Below are positions 62,191 through 64,000 of a DNA stretch of 64,000 bases, piece by piece; position 1 is the first letter of the stretch, and every line of letters starts with the position of its first letter. Position numbers and translations under genes: made by a program. The notes below the pieces were generated by a model. The model saw only the letters and a program-made list of their open reading frames with translations. It searched no databases and was not told where the DNA came from. This DNA is from an uncultured delta proteobacterium (GTDB taxonomy: Bacteria > Myxococcota_A > Polyangia > Polyangiales > B10-G4): assembly GCA_963727445.1 (NCBI GenBank), contig CAVSGI010000013.1:441601-505600 (forward strand), given 5' to 3'.

Positions 62191-63865
62191 TGCGAATCGA
62201 TCACGTTGTCGGGCGCTTGCTCGCCGCTCGCGCCTGCTCGCGCCTGCCCCGGCCCTTGCCGACACGCTGGTCGACAACGTCGACGGCATGACCGTCGACG
62301 CGCGAAGGCCAGGTCACCGCTTCACCGGCATGGTTTTCGACGACGACGGCAAGCATCACGCAAGTGCTCGAGCGCGGCGACAAGCGCGCCGCAAGGTCGA
62401 TTACCGCGATGGACGGCGACGGCGCACGTCGTGATCCCGGGCATGATCGATGCGCACGTCCATGTCATGGAGCATCGGGCTTTCGGCCGCTGACGCTCGA
62501 CCTGTCGGACACCAACTCGCTGGACGAAGCGCAGGCCGAAGATCGCCGCATATGCCGCCGACAATCCCGGACCGCCCGTGGATCATCGGCCGCGGCTGGA
62601 ACCAGGAGAAGTGGGGCCTCGGCCGCTTCCCGACCGCCGCCGAACTCGATGCGGTGGTGTCCGACCGGCCGGTCTGGCTCGAGCGGGTCGACGGCCATGC
62701 CGCGCTGGGCCAACAGCTGCGCGATCGAAGGCAGGCCGGGGTTACCGCCAAGACGCGCCGATCCTGCCGGCGGCCGGATCGATGCGCATGCCGGCGGCAA
62801 GCAGCCAGCCGGCGTGTTGGTCGACAGCGCGACGGCGCTGGTCGACGAGCATGGTCCCGCCGCCGCGCCCGGAAGACCGCGACCTGGCGCTGGTCAAGGC
62901 GCAGGAACTGCTGGTCAGCAACGGCATCACCGCGGTCGCCGACATGGGCACCACGATCGAGGACTGGCAGACCTTCCGCCGCGCCGGCGACGTCGGGCAG
63001 CTGCGGATCCGCATCATGTCCTATGCCAGCGGCGTCCGAGACGATGGAGCTGATCGGCGGACCGGGGCCGACCCCTGGCTCTACGAGGACCGGCTGCGGC
63101 TGGACGGGCGTCAAGCTCTATGTCGACGGCGCGCTTGGATCGCGCGGCGCGTGGCTCAAGGCGCCCTATGCCGACGATCCGGGCAACACCGGGCTGCAGC
63201 TGCTGAACGGCACGCAGCTGCGCAACCTCATGAGCCGCGCGGCGATCGACAACTTCCAGATCGCGGTCCACGCGATCGGCGATGCCGCCAATGCCGAAGT
63301 GCTCGATGCGATCGAGGAACTGCGCGAAACCTACACGGGCGACCGGCGCTGGCGCATCGAGCATGCGCAGATCGTCGATCCGGCCGATCTGCCCGGTTCG
63401 GCCGAGCACGGCATCGATCGCCTCGATGCAGCCGCTGCACCAGACCTCGCGACCGGCTGATGGCCGAGGCGCGGCTCGGGCCCGAGCGCCTCGGCGGGGC
63501 CTATGCCTGGCGCAGCATAGCTCGACGCCGGCGCGCAGCTCGCTTTCGGCTCGGATGCGCCGGTCGAAGCGCCCGATCCCTTCGCCGGCTTCGCCGCGGC
63601 GATCACGCGCACCGACGCGGACGGACAGCCTTCGGCGGATGGCGCCCGCAGGAAACGGTCTAGCCGCGAACAGGCGCTGGCCGCGTATACCTCCGGCGCC
63701 GCCTATGCCGGGTTCGCCGAGGCCGGTTCGGCAGCCTGAGCCGGGCGAACGGGCCGATTTCGTGGTCATCGACCGTGACATCATGCTGGCGAGCCCGGCC
63801 GATATTCGCGCGACAAATTGCTGGAAACATGGGTCAACGGGAAGCCAGCCTATCGCGCGAAATAA
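62187..63865 (+). CDS. YtcJ-like amidohydrolase, frameshifted
   Basis: PGMIDAHVH, GRGWNQ, KLYVDGALGSRGA, HAIGDAAN, RIEHAQ, GSDAPVE. Confidence 0.9.
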
Positions 63866-63952
63866 ATCGCAGTTTCATGTTGCAGTGCAACTATTGATTA
63901 GTAGTACTCACTGCTAGCAATTTAAGGCTTGTTATAAGCAGGGAGAATTAAA

Positions 63953-64000
63953 ATGAAGATTGGGAAGCTAGCAGCAGCAGCTGCTGTTCTTTCGCTCACG
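63953..64000 (+). CDS. Start of a secreted protein (partial)
   Basis: GGGAG RBS; MKIGKLAAAAAVLSLT signal-like; AT-rich upstream region. Confidence 0.5.
   Translation, partial: MKIGKLAAAAAVLSLT

Noticed and set aside
58345..64000. Horizontal transfer of an alphaproteobacterial block
   Set aside because: Genes on both sides of the join are cut, there is no mobility signature, and the cargo is housekeeping-like; a chimera is simpler.

Overview
Positions 1 to ~58,344 look like high-GC myxobacterial DNA (probably Polyangiales/Sandaracinus-like, inferred from MYXO-CTERM tails, Cys-rich lipoproteins and an FHA-sigma54 activator). At ~58,344 the sequence switches mid-gene to sphingomonad-like DNA (arginyltransferase, threonine ammonia-lyase, hydroxyacid dehydrogenase, amidohydrolase), most likely an assembly chimera or contig join. 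Many genes carry indel frameshifts that look like long-read consensus errors. Three zones stand out. (1) 1-13 kb: rel, a sigma54 activator, surface lipoproteins and REP-like repeats. (2) 13-25.6 kb: an envelope redox locus with a ~1007-aa lipoprotein multiheme cytochrome (10 CxxCH + 1 CX4CH) heading a tightly packed gene run with a DUF3570 beta-barrel, two more barrels and a kinase-fold lipoprotein, divergent from TlpA-DUF4266, plus three small cytochrome-like proteins. (3) 29.6-58.3 kb: a mosaic defence island (HIT-HNH-PLD, SauUSI-like PLD-helicase-DUF3427, Rpn with a likely internal antitoxin start, NERD helicase, AbiE, EVE-ASCH, Mrr, REase-NTPase, DUF262). The island contains seven same-orientation copies of an unannotated ~17-38 bp motif at gene or fragment boundaries, a duplicated gene 3' end, and a block duplication with reciprocal decay. 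All domain calls come from recognising motifs by eye; no searches were run.
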